A DNA stretch of 64,000 nt from a virus, in the IMG/VR virus record IMGVR_UViG_3300021425_000008, positions 32,001-96,000 of that record; one strand, written 5' to 3'. Under the pieces are notes generated by a model. It was given only the letters and a program-made list of their open reading frames with translations. It made no database searches and was not told where the DNA came from. The translations under genes and the position numbers were made by a program. This document shows, piece after piece, positions 19,467 through 27,406 of the stretch (position 1 is the first letter of the stretch; every line of letters starts with the position of its first letter).

Positions 19467-20129
19467 ATGATTGAAAATCCATTATCATATATTCTTATTC
19501 GTCCTAATGTCATCAACTCACAAGGTCTTCAAGAACTTGTATCACATATCAAGTCGTCTCCAGCAGAAGATTTATCAGTCTTTGATCCAGACAAAACAAA
19601 TGCAACTGGAAAAACATCTTGGATTGTAGATAAACAAACCAGAGATACTCAAATCGTTCCAATGGGTCCTTTGTATCCTAAGATTGAGGACTTATTTCGT
19701 AATACAGTAAAGAATATCATCAATCCTTTCTATCAGGTAGAAGTGGATAGTAGTGAAATACCACAAGTATTATCTTATGGTATTGGTGGTCATTATCGTC
19801 CTCACATTGATGGTGAAAGTATTTGGATGACACCAAGAGGTGAAAAGATATGGAAAAAAAGTACGAACAGAGATTTATCCATAATTTTTTATTTGAACAA
19901 TGACTTTGAGGGTGGTGATTTTATTTTCCCAGAACTTAAGATAAGAATAAGACCAGAACCAGGTATGTTGGTTTGTTTTCCTTCTAATCATCATTATTCT
20001 CATGGAGTTGAGTCCGTTACCAAAGGTAAGAGGTATTCAATTGTCTCATGGGCAACTGTCAAAGGATTTCCATCTATGGATGATGTCAATCAACAACTCT
20101 CACAAGAGTATGGAGTTCCAGTCATATAA
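19467..20129 (+). CDS. Prolyl 4-hydroxylase-like 2OG-Fe(II) oxygenase
   Basis: YRPHID, SIIFYLNNDFEGGDF, FPS...HGVESVTKGKRYSIVSW. Confidence 0.85.
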   Translation: MIENPLSYILIRPNVINSQGLQELVSHIKSSPAEDLSVFDPDKTNATGKTSWIVDKQTRDTQIVPMGPLYPKIEDLFRNTVKNIINPFYQVEVDSSEIPQVLSYGIGGHYRPHIDGESIWMTPRGEKIWKKSTNRDLSIIFYLNNDFEGGDFIFPELKIRIRPEPGMLVCFPSNHHYSHGVESVTKGKRYSIVSWATVKGFPSMDDVNQQLSQEYGVPVI

Positions 20130-20132
20130 ATA
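20125..20132 (+). promoter_or_regulatory. Late promoter TATAAATA
   Basis: Consensus overlapping the stop codon, 21 nt before ATG 20154. Confidence 0.75.
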
Positions 20133-20153
20133 CTCACAAACAGTTATAGAACT

Positions 20154-20540
20154 ATGAAATATCTCAAGCACTACTGGATTTGTGTTCATTCTGGCAATTA
20201 TATGTGTGGAAATAATCCAGTTGAAAAGAGACATCCAGAAGCAGAGTTTCCTGGTCTTGATGTAAGAATCTGGATGAACGATGAAGATGGAATTGATGTA
20301 TGTCTTTCCAGAGTTCCTGATACAACAACGATTACTGATATTGTAAATCCTGATAATGGTAAGAAGGTCGTTCAGGAATTGACCGAAGCAGAATTCAATT
20401 CAGTTCAAACTCCACTTACTGAGTCACAAACACTTCGTCAGCAAGCACAACAAGAGACTGATGAGGTTCTTAAGGCAGACCTAGAGGCACAAGCAGATGC
20501 TAAGTTTGAGGAAGCAAGACAGGCACTTTTTGCTCTTTGA
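20154..20540 (+). CDS. Hypothetical protein
   Basis: 128-aa ORF behind a late promoter; helical C-terminus. Confidence 0.7.
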   Translation: MKYLKHYWICVHSGNYMCGNNPVEKRHPEAEFPGLDVRIWMNDEDGIDVCLSRVPDTTTITDIVNPDNGKKVVQELTEAEFNSVQTPLTESQTLRQQAQQETDEVLKADLEAQADAKFEEARQALFAL

Positions 20541-20610
20541 TTTTTATAAAAATAGAACCTCCAAAAATGAAGGTTTTTTTGTGAGAATAAATAATTAAAA
20601 ACATTCTAAA

Positions 20611-20946
20611 ATGGCAGTCCCAGTAGTAAATTTAACTATTGATAAAGGCACTGATTTTGAAGCAACTTTTACTGTCACTAATTCTGATGGTTCTATTTTT
20701 TCTTTGACAAATTATAGTGCAACATCAAAAGTAAGAAAACATCCAACTGCAGCAGAATTTAAATCATTTTCAACAACAGTTACTGTTGCAACTGGACAAA
20801 TTAAAATATCAATGGGATCTACAGTGACTGCTGAGTTAGATGAAGGTAGAAATTATTATGATATAATAATTACTCAATCAGGTACAGGAAAAATTGTAAA
20901 AGTATTTGAAGGTATGGCTATTGTATCTAATACGGTATCTTTATGA
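20611..20946 (+). CDS. Ig-like small virion protein (cyanophage conserved)
   Basis: NLTIDKGTDF...LTNYSATSKVRK...GRNYYDI...EG pattern; ATAAATA at 20587-20593. Confidence 0.7.
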   Translation: MAVPVVNLTIDKGTDFEATFTVTNSDGSIFSLTNYSATSKVRKHPTAAEFKSFSTTVTVATGQIKISMGSTVTAELDEGRNYYDIIITQSGTGKIVKVFEGMAIVSNTVSL

Positions 20947-21005
20947 CAATTAAAGAACAACAAAAACAAATTGAAGAACTTAAAGAAATAATTCAAAATA
21001 TGTAA
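20943..21005 (+). pseudogene. 20-codon remnant resembling a tail-fibre chaperone coiled-coil end
   Basis: MTIKEQQKQIEELKEIIQNM resembles the AIKEQQxQIEELK C-terminus of peptidase S74 chaperone domains. Confidence 0.35.
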
Positions 21006-21014
21006 AGATCTTTT

Positions 21015-21072
21015 GTGACACTTTTAAAACTGTCCTATAAGACCTTCAGAACGCCACTGAAGGTCTTATACT
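21015..21072 (+). promoter_or_regulatory. Promoter with GTGACA-N10-TGTCCT operator, perfect 14-bp hairpin and -10 TATACT
   Basis: TATAAGACCTTCAG (21036-21049) / CTGAAGGTCTTATA (21057-21070); same operator-to--10 spacing as the sites at 22306 and 25144. Confidence 0.6.
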
Positions 21073-21097
21073 ATATCAGTAAGACATTTCATTTACT

Positions 21098-21301
21098 ATG
21101 GATCATCAAGTTAAACAAGTTCTTCTATCTTACCAAAATTGGTTAAAGAATCAACCAAAAAATCATTATGAAATAAATGGAATTATCATTGATGGTATTG
21201 AATTGAATATTCCAAATGATCAAGATACGATTTTATCATTTGAAGAAGATGCTTCAAAGTTAAATGTGACTATTGATTACTATATGGATGAATTTCTATG
21301 A
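21098..21301 (+). CDS. Hypothetical protein
   Basis: 67-aa ORF downstream of the promoter. Confidence 0.6.
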   Translation: MDHQVKQVLLSYQNWLKNQPKNHYEINGIIIDGIELNIPNDQDTILSFEEDASKLNVTIDYYMDEFL

Positions 21302-21399
21302 CAATAAAAGAAAAACTGATCTTCATTGGATCCTTCATGTGGATGATGCAATGGGGTACCAGAGTTGTCTATCAAGGACTGTCACATGCATTCTATTGA
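21298..21399 (+). CDS. Small hydrophobic protein
   Basis: ATGA overlap; MTIKEKLIFIGSFMWMMQWGTRVVYQGLSHAFY. Confidence 0.5.
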   Translation: MTIKEKLIFIGSFMWMMQWGTRVVYQGLSHAFY

Positions 21400-21724
21400 A
21401 GTTGTTCCGTCATTCACTTTTGTCCCTTCCTGTAAACCCCTTCTACATTGGTTTATGGGTGAATATCTATCTGACCATGGTATTGACCTAACTGTGGTCT
21501 ATATGGACCTGTCTGATGAGGGTGTGACTGGGTGGTGTATGAGAGAGGAGGACAATGAGTTTATCATTCAAATAGATGAAAGTCTAAGAGGTGATGAACA
21601 TGATCGAACTCTGATACACGAGATGGTACATATGAAACAACATTTGATGGGTATTCCACGATGTGAGATATGTGCTAATCTATCAGAAAACTTGTTACTT
21701 GACAAGTACAACAATCAGGACTAG
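21386..21724 (+). CDS. Zinc metallopeptidase-like protein (HExxH)
   Basis: GWC...FIIQID...TLIHEMVHMKQ...E. Confidence 0.7.
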   Translation: MHSIEVVPSFTFVPSCKPLLHWFMGEYLSDHGIDLTVVYMDLSDEGVTGWCMREEDNEFIIQIDESLRGDEHDRTLIHEMVHMKQHLMGIPRCEICANLSENLLLDKYNNQD

Positions 21725-21727
21725 AAT
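21699..21727 (+). promoter_or_regulatory. Sigma70-type promoter
   Basis: TTGACA-N17-TAGAAT. Confidence 0.75.
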
Positions 21728-21770
21728 AGGCTTGTCCTGGAAGATGAGGAACCTTTAAGTTATTAAGACC

Positions 21771-21965
21771 ATGAAAACCAAGTTCATTTGCGTACAACCG
21801 AAGACCAACAAGGCAGTGAATCGTTTCCATAATATGATGGACGAACTTCATAGTTGCCGTGTGGAACAAGAGACTGAAGATAAAATGTTTCTTGCATCTA
21901 TCTCAGGTCGGTACCACTTCTGGATGAATAAGATGAACGACAATGATTGGGAAGTCATTAAGTAA
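21771..21965 (+). CDS. Hypothetical protein
   Basis: 64-aa ORF downstream of the promoter. Confidence 0.7.
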   Translation: MKTKFICVQPKTNKAVNRFHNMMDELHSCRVEQETEDKMFLASISGRYHFWMNKMNDNDWEVIK

Positions 21966-22026
21966 TCTTAACATCGTTTGACTACCTGTTTGTAAATACT
22001 AACATGGTGACACATTCGGAGGCTCT

Positions 22027-22254
22027 ATGACCCATAGTCCAAAAGAAAAGAAACTTTCGAGTCAAGAGATAGAATCCATGGAAATTGCAGTCGAACAAAC
22101 TGACATCCGTGCCATTCATCCTGATAAAATGGAAGCATTTGCAGATTACCTAGTTCAAAAACTACAGAATGAAGAAAATTCAGGACCAAAATTTAAAGCT
22201 TGTGATTGCACTTGCTCAAGTGGACAATCTATTTGCTCTGACGGAGGGAAATGA
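22027..22254 (+). CDS. Hypothetical protein
   Basis: GGAGG SD before ATG. Confidence 0.65.
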   Translation: MTHSPKEKKLSSQEIESMEIAVEQTDIRAIHPDKMEAFADYLVQKLQNEENSGPKFKACDCTCSSGQSICSDGGK

Positions 22255-22351
22255 GTATGAAACTTATCTGCAGATGAGTTTATGGAAGATCAAATCTGAA
22301 CTCGAAAGACAGATGAAAAAGTGTCCACCATCACTTGACAAAGTATCTTAA
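22169..22351 (+). CDS. Hypothetical protein
   Basis: 60-aa helical ORF overlapping the previous gene's tail. Confidence 0.55.
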   Translation: MKKIQDQNLKLVIALAQVDNLFALTEGNEYETYLQMSLWKIKSELERQMKKCPPSLDKVS

Positions 22352-22363
22352 TTCTTATATACT
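22306..22363 (+). promoter_or_regulatory. Sigma70-type promoter with upstream GACA-N10-TGTCCA operator
   Basis: TTGACA (22335)-N17-TATACT; operator ends 7 nt before -35. Confidence 0.75.
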
Positions 22364-22385
22364 TAAAGTGTAATTTCAGGAGTCA

Positions 22386-22616
22386 ATGAAGTATCTCTAT
22401 GTTGTCCAACATTATGTACCATTCCCTCAGTCAGAGTATGGTGGTATTTGGGTCGTCAGAGCAGAATCTGATGAAGAGTGTTTTGATTTGATTTCAACAC
22501 ACGATGATCTATACCCACAATTTTATGGTAAATTGAGAGAGAACATCATGAATTCAAATAAATACGAATTGACTGATGATTCAGCTTCTGAAGTTATCGA
22601 GAGTTTTCTAACATGA
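22386..22616 (+). CDS. Hypothetical protein
   Basis: AGGAG SD; VPFPQSEYGG motif. Confidence 0.75.
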   Translation: MKYLYVVQHYVPFPQSEYGGIWVVRAESDEECFDLISTHDDLYPQFYGKLRENIMNSNKYELTDDSASEVIESFLT

Positions 22617-22822
22617 CTCAAAAACCAGAAAAAGATCCGAACGACAAGTACGCCAAATATGATTTTGGCGTAAGATGTAATGAACATCATGATGAGGATG
22701 AATTTGATCCAGAAAAAGATGCCAATATCGATGATTGGCACAATCGTCACAGAGATAAACTGTTAGACGAATTTTGTGATACACACCCAGGTGCTCCACA
22801 ATGTAAAGTTTTCGATGAATGA
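22613..22822 (+). CDS. CP12-like small protein
   Basis: Acidic; C-terminus DEFCDTHPGAPQCKVFDE matches the CP12 C-terminal C-x8-C-xxYD/FD motif; near talC. Confidence 0.75.
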   Translation: MTQKPEKDPNDKYAKYDFGVRCNEHHDEDEFDPEKDANIDDWHNRHRDKLLDEFCDTHPGAPQCKVFDE

Positions 22823-23006
22823 ATCCGAAAAACGTGCTCTTGGTCTTATGATCGAGAGTGTCCTCAAACCAGACAGTAAACTCCGCGAATGTGCACACAA
22901 TCAAGGATGTTTCGATGAATTGATGGAATGGCGTCAGGTGATGCTTGACCTACTATATGATTACAACCGACATGGAATTCCCGCACAAACCGCCGACAGG
23001 GTATGA
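22815..23006 (+). CDS. Hypothetical protein
   Basis: ATG overlapping the previous gene end; 63 aa. Confidence 0.65.
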   Translation: MNESEKRALGLMIESVLKPDSKLRECAHNQGCFDELMEWRQVMLDLLYDYNRHGIPAQTADRV

Positions 23007-23250
23007 GTATTGGACTGACCAATATTCTAAGACTGTTATTCGTATCTGGATTCGTAACATAGGGACAACATTTGTCTACACAGATGCACCTCCAAGTTCA
23101 GTCTGGGGGTTTTTCTGTCAAAAGACTAAACAATTCAAGGCTCCTGTGAACCACAAGAAACCAGGTAAAGTTGTAAAACCAGAAGACACGACTCCATATT
23201 CTGCAATGCAATTGAATCTAAATCCACTCATGGCTGCATTCTACCAATGA
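22972..23250 (+). CDS. Hypothetical protein
   Basis: MEFPHKPP...SVWGF...APVN..KPGK...TTPYSAM. Confidence 0.7.
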   Translation: MEFPHKPPTGYEYWTDQYSKTVIRIWIRNIGTTFVYTDAPPSSVWGFFCQKTKQFKAPVNHKKPGKVVKPEDTTPYSAMQLNLNPLMAAFYQ

Positions 23251-23450
23251 AAGACCTAGATCCTTCTTCAATTACATTATCATCACCATCTAAATCATTT
23301 GCATATGAGAAGATGTCTCGTGATATTGACGAGTGTGATGACATTGTGGTCCTGAAGGACGCTCTACGTTGTTATGTCAAGTTGTATTTTAAACAACAAG
23401 AAACTATTTCACTGATTGGAGTTCCGAACATTAACGATGAAAACATTTGA
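23247..23450 (+). CDS. Hypothetical protein (possibly NblA-like small helical protein)
   Basis: LSSPSKSFAYEKMSRDI...YVKLYFKQQ pattern; family call tentative. Confidence 0.55.
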   Translation: MKDLDPSSITLSSPSKSFAYEKMSRDIDECDDIVVLKDALRCYVKLYFKQQETISLIGVPNINDENI

Positions 23451-23736
23451 TGTTCAACTTAATGATTATGTCAAATGGCATCATCATCAATGGATAGACG
23501 AGGGATGGGTATATTTCAAATGTGATGACTATATCACCATTGAAGTTGGTGTGAAACCTAAACCGATTTGTAATCTAGTCAGAAATAGGTTACACTGTAA
23601 TGAACACATTCTAGTAGTCTGTCATAAAAAATTTTGGGACGAACTAGAATATATTAAAACAAGGGAAACAAATGATGAAAATTCGCAATGTTTTGTTAGG
23701 ACTATCTCTATTGATCGTCCCTCCAGCAATGGCTGA
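23437..23736 (+). CDS. Hypothetical protein
   Basis: DYVKW...EGWVYFKCDDYITIEVG. Confidence 0.65.
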   Translation: MKTFDVQLNDYVKWHHHQWIDEGWVYFKCDDYITIEVGVKPKPICNLVRNRLHCNEHILVVCHKKFWDELEYIKTRETNDENSQCFVRTISIDRPSSNG

Positions 23737-24349
23737 TGAGACAAAGATTACCAAAGGATATAATTCCATGGATGCCATGGGTTGTATGTTGGTGAGAGAT
23801 TGTAAAGAAGATGTAGAAGAAGTTCATAGTCTTTTGGATATTTCCTCACAGTATCCTAATACTGCGGAGTTTACATCATCTGCATACGAATTCAACACAA
23901 TGTTGATGACACTCAAACGTATGGGTGTCAAAGTATATCTTGCAGATCAAAGATATTTCCCGATCATGCATCGTGGCGTATATCACACGGTAAGTAACAA
24001 CATCTATCTCAATCGTAGATACATGGGTGAACCAAATGTATTGATGCAATTGATGAGACATGAAGGGTGGCATGCTGCTCAGGATTGTATGGCTGGTACT
24101 ATTAAAAATAGTATGATCGCTATTATCAAACCAGAAGATGAAGTTCCCATGATTTGGCGTGTCATGGCTGAACGAACTTATCCTGCCTCAGCTGTACCCT
24201 GGGAGGCAGAAGCACAATGGGCTGGACGTACTGAAGGTATGACACAAAATGCTCTTAATGCGTGCGCAAATGGTAAAATGTGGGAGGTATTCGAGCCAAC
24301 GCCAATGACCCGTGAATGGTTAGAAAAAAACAATTACATCAAGAACTAA
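23672..24349 (+). CDS. Secreted/membrane-anchored zincin-like protein
   Basis: Signal peptide; RHEGWHAAQDC...EAEA. Confidence 0.7.
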   Translation: MMKIRNVLLGLSLLIVPPAMADETKITKGYNSMDAMGCMLVRDCKEDVEEVHSLLDISSQYPNTAEFTSSAYEFNTMLMTLKRMGVKVYLADQRYFPIMHRGVYHTVSNNIYLNRRYMGEPNVLMQLMRHEGWHAAQDCMAGTIKNSMIAIIKPEDEVPMIWRVMAERTYPASAVPWEAEAQWAGRTEGMTQNALNACANGKMWEVFEPTPMTREWLEKNNYIKN

Positions 24350-25005
24350 TGAAAATCTTTTTAGACACAGCAGACACAGAAATCATCAAAAAGTATTGGT
24401 CTACTGGACTGATTGATGGTATCACTACAAATCCATCTCTGATTATGAAGAGTGGTCGTAATCCTGAGGATGTATATCAAGAACTCGTGGATCTTGGTGT
24501 ACCTGACATCAGTATGGAAGTTGTTGGATCTGACCTTGAAATGTATGACGAAGGTATTCGTCTGTACGAAAAGTTTGGTCCTGTATGTACTGTCAAGGTT
24601 CCATGTACCCGTGAGGGACTCATCGTATGTAAGCGATTGTCTGAACAAGGTATCAAAGTGAATGTCACCTTGATCTTCTGTGCAGCACAGGCAGTTCTTG
24701 CGGCGAAGGCTGGTGCAACTTATGTGTCACCATTCGTAGGACGATTGGACGATCAATCTGTCGCTGGTCTTGAAGTTGTACGTTCAATCTTTGAACTGTA
24801 TCGTATTCACGGTATTCGTACTCAGGTATTATCTGCATCGATTCGTAGTGTTCAACGTGCAATTCGTTCTTGGTACAATGGTGCTGAAATCTGTACGATG
24901 CCACCTAAAGTTTTTGATCAAATGTATGATCACATTCTTACCGATAAAGGTCTAGAAATCTTTGATAAGGATTGGAAAGAAGTATGTGGAGAATCTGGAG
25001 TCTAG
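24349..25005 (+). CDS. talC: Transaldolase (MipB/TalC/FSA family), auxiliary metabolic gene
   Basis: MKIFLDTAD, GITTNPSL, VKVP (Schiff-base Lys), NVTLIF, AGATYVSPFVGRLDD, ASIR. Confidence 0.95.
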   Translation: MKIFLDTADTEIIKKYWSTGLIDGITTNPSLIMKSGRNPEDVYQELVDLGVPDISMEVVGSDLEMYDEGIRLYEKFGPVCTVKVPCTREGLIVCKRLSEQGIKVNVTLIFCAAQAVLAAKAGATYVSPFVGRLDDQSVAGLEVVRSIFELYRIHGIRTQVLSASIRSVQRAIRSWYNGAEICTMPPKVFDQMYDHILTDKGLEIFDKDWKEVCGESGV

Positions 25006-25193
25006 CTCTAGGCAGAAAAGATGGACGAGATGATAGAGAAGCAGATATTATTGCTGGCATACGTACCTTTATTCTTGTGTTTTACATGGTTACCAATGTG
25101 GCTATCGTTGCCAACGCAGTAAGACATTGGAATGACGGTCAATGTGACAACACTATATCTGGCACAACTTCCTTGACAACCGACCCTAAATAA
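24984..25193 (+). CDS. Small membrane protein
   Basis: MWRIWSLALGRKDG...AD..A.IRT + TM + NAVRHW. Confidence 0.7.
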   Translation: MWRIWSLALGRKDGRDDREADIIAGIRTFILVFYMVTNVAIVANAVRHWNDGQCDNTISGTTSLTTDPK

Positions 25194-25201
25194 CATATGA
25201 T
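25144..25201 (+). promoter_or_regulatory. Sigma70-type promoter with upstream GTGACA-N10-TGGCAC operator
   Basis: TTGACA (25173)-N17-TATGAT; operator ends 7 nt before -35. Confidence 0.75.
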
Positions 25202-25226
25202 TTATAGGTAGTCAACAGGAGTCACC

Positions 25227-25403
25227 ATGTCTGCCACTTATCTCCCTCAGCGTCAAAAGTATCGTATCACTCTTGAACTCGATGTAATGGACGATTTCAA
25301 TCCACATAATATCGATTGGGAAAAGGTTCTTGATGTTCAAGGTGGCGAAAGTGTTGATTCCTATGTGGAAGATCTGTCTGTACCAGACTGTTTCTTCTCC
25401 TGA
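25227..25403 (+). CDS. Hypothetical protein (58 aa, not in ORF track)
   Basis: AGGAG SD; MSATYLPQRQKYRITLELDVMDDFNPHNIDWEKV... Confidence 0.7.
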   Translation: MSATYLPQRQKYRITLELDVMDDFNPHNIDWEKVLDVQGGESVDSYVEDLSVPDCFFS

Positions 25404-25410
25404 TAATATC

Positions 25411-25442
25411 GGGGGTGATAAATAAAATATATTATCATCCCC
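25411..25442 (+). promoter_or_regulatory. Late promoter ATAAATA within a hairpin abutting a start codon
   Basis: GGGGGTGATAA/TTATCATCCCC stem; ATAAATA at 25418-25424; ATG 25446. Confidence 0.6.
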
Positions 25443-25445
25443 ATC

Positions 25446-25637
25446 ATGGCTTTCTACACAACAAAACCATCATTGATTGATCCATCTATCACACTTTATT
25501 ATGCTGGTGGTAATAGATGGTGCGATGTGCCATCTGAAAAAGCGACTTACGCTACAAGAGAAGGTCTTGATCGTAAAGTTGCCAATGAAGATGGTAAGAC
25601 GGGATCATTCAAAACAGCTACAGTGGTAGAAGAATGA
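25446..25637 (+). CDS. Hypothetical protein
   Basis: 63-aa ORF after the late promoter. Confidence 0.7.
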   Translation: MAFYTTKPSLIDPSITLYYAGGNRWCDVPSEKATYATREGLDRKVANEDGKTGSFKTATVVEE

Positions 25638-26266
25638 AGACTTTAAGAGAGTTTTTAGAAGCATATGATCCTGAGATTCAAGGTAGATCTCAGATCAAAC
25701 AAACTGGCGACGAAGGTAGGAAAGAGCCTAAAAGAGACACCGCTAGTAGACGTAAGGCTGGTGTAAAACCCAGGGTTAAAGCCGTCGGTGGTGGTAAGAC
25801 TGCGCCAGTCGGAGAGTATAAAACTCGTTCAGACGTAGGATCTACCAAAGCAAGATCCGAGAGAGAACAACAACCTACCAAAGAGAGAGGTAGTAAAGAA
25901 GTCAAGCAATCTTACGCCGATAAAGTTAAGGCTGAGAGAAAGAAAGCCGCTCAAGCCAGAATCGCAGCCAAAAAGGCTGGTGGTGAAGTTAAGAAGACTG
26001 AAACGAAGAAGAATACAGATAAAGAAGCATCTCAACTCCTGAAGAAGAAAGAGACCAAGAAAGTCAATCCTAACTATAAACCTAAAGAAGCATCAGGTTA
26101 TACAAGACAAGAGCGCATGAAGATTACTCGTGCAGGTGAACGTGAACTGAAGAAAGACTTCAAACAACAAGAGACAGATCGCTACAAAAAAGAGACTGGG
26201 CGTAACCCAGATGCTAAAGGTAGAACTAAGATCGTTGCAAGAGTGCATAAGAGGATGTCAACATGA
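25634..26266 (+). CDS. Highly basic protein, candidate internal head protein
   Basis: K/R/E-rich; N-terminus MKTLREFLE resembles the T4 capsid-targeting sequence. Confidence 0.6.
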   Translation: MKTLREFLEAYDPEIQGRSQIKQTGDEGRKEPKRDTASRRKAGVKPRVKAVGGGKTAPVGEYKTRSDVGSTKARSEREQQPTKERGSKEVKQSYADKVKAERKKAAQARIAAKKAGGEVKKTETKKNTDKEASQLLKKKETKKVNPNYKPKEASGYTRQERMKITRAGERELKKDFKQQETDRYKKETGRNPDAKGRTKIVARVHKRMST

Positions 26267-26418
26267 CCCAAAAGATGATGAAACTGTTCTCCAATGTGAC
26301 GGAGGCAAGATCATATCTAAGGACAAACAATAGTATGACTGTGGTACAAGCCAAACAATATGTTGACAAACATACTACCATGACTAATGGTAACAAAGTC
26401 TGGGTAGTTCTCCCATAA
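26263..26418 (+). CDS. Hypothetical protein (51 aa)
   Basis: ATGA overlap; stop 4 nt before motif copy 1. Confidence 0.55.
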   Translation: MTQKMMKLFSNVTEARSYLRTNNSMTVVQAKQYVDKHTTMTNGNKVWVVLP

Positions 26419-26466
26419 TAAAGTTAGTAACCTTGAAATGTCCACTATAGTATAAGACTGAGAATT

Positions 26467-27363
26467 ATGGCAATCACACATCTGGACCATCCTGAAGATT
26501 CTGTCCTGACTGGTGATCTATCAGTCCTGGATGTATTGTATGATGAAGCAACCATCTCTATGAAGATGGACGGAATGTCGTTGGTCTGGGGTACCAATCC
26601 TGCCAATGGTAAGTTCTTTTGCTGTACAAAATCCGCATTTAATAAAAAGAAAATCAAACTTTGCTACACCACTGACGACATTTTCACTCACTTTGGTCAT
26701 CAAATTGAAGTTGTAGAGATTCTGTCATATTGTCTCAAGTATCTCCCTCGTACCGAGAACATTTACTGGGGTGATTGGCTTGGTTTCGGTCGTACTGATG
26801 TGATCACTCAGAACACTCTGACTTATGTGTTCCCTGAGGCAATCAGTCAGAAACTTGTCATCGCACCTCACACACAAGTTTTTGTCACTCAGGATGGACT
26901 ATTGTCGAATGCAGTGTGTAAACCACTGACTGAGACCTTTGTTGATACTTCTATCATCAAGTGGGTACAGCCTTGTGTTGATCGTCTGGGTCTAAAGTCT
27001 GATGTTCCTAACATCAACACTGACAAGATCAAGTTCCTGACTAAGAAGGAAGCAGAAAAGGCTAAGACTGCTATCAATGCACTGATCAAATCTGGCCAGA
27101 GTCTGACACCAGGTGATCAACCAAAGTTGATTGACATTCTGGGTTGTCCTTTTCTCACTAACTTGTATCTACTTGTGATTGACATCAAACATGAGATTAT
27201 GGACTCACTGATTGTAAACGACGCACCTGAAGCTTATCTTCCTAATGGTCAACGTTGTGAAGGTGAGGGTTATGTCCTTCACTCTATTGCTCATGGTTCA
27301 GTGAAACTGGTCGATCGTACCGAGTTTGCGTACGCTAACTTCCACAATGGGTACGGTGTTTGA
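26467..27363 (+). CDS. ATP-dependent ligase/nucleotidyltransferase-fold protein (DUF6267-like)
   Basis: THLDHPED, motif I KMDG, motif IV EGYVL, motif V VKLVDR. Confidence 0.65.
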   Translation: MAITHLDHPEDSVLTGDLSVLDVLYDEATISMKMDGMSLVWGTNPANGKFFCCTKSAFNKKKIKLCYTTDDIFTHFGHQIEVVEILSYCLKYLPRTENIYWGDWLGFGRTDVITQNTLTYVFPEAISQKLVIAPHTQVFVTQDGLLSNAVCKPLTETFVDTSIIKWVQPCVDRLGLKSDVPNINTDKIKFLTKKEAEKAKTAINALIKSGQSLTPGDQPKLIDILGCPFLTNLYLLVIDIKHEIMDSLIVNDAPEAYLPNGQRCEGEGYVLHSIAHGSVKLVDRTEFAYANFHNGYGV

Positions 27364-27406
27364 GTTAGTAACCTCGAAAGGTCTTCATTATTAGATTCGT
27401 ACCGTT

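Noticed and set aside
24316-24348. N-terminal extension of TalC in the ORF track
   Set aside because: The family begins MKIFLDTAD, and ATG 24349 is coupled to the upstream TAA
26423-26451. NtcA box within the element
   Set aside because: GTA is not followed by TAC at N8 in the copies
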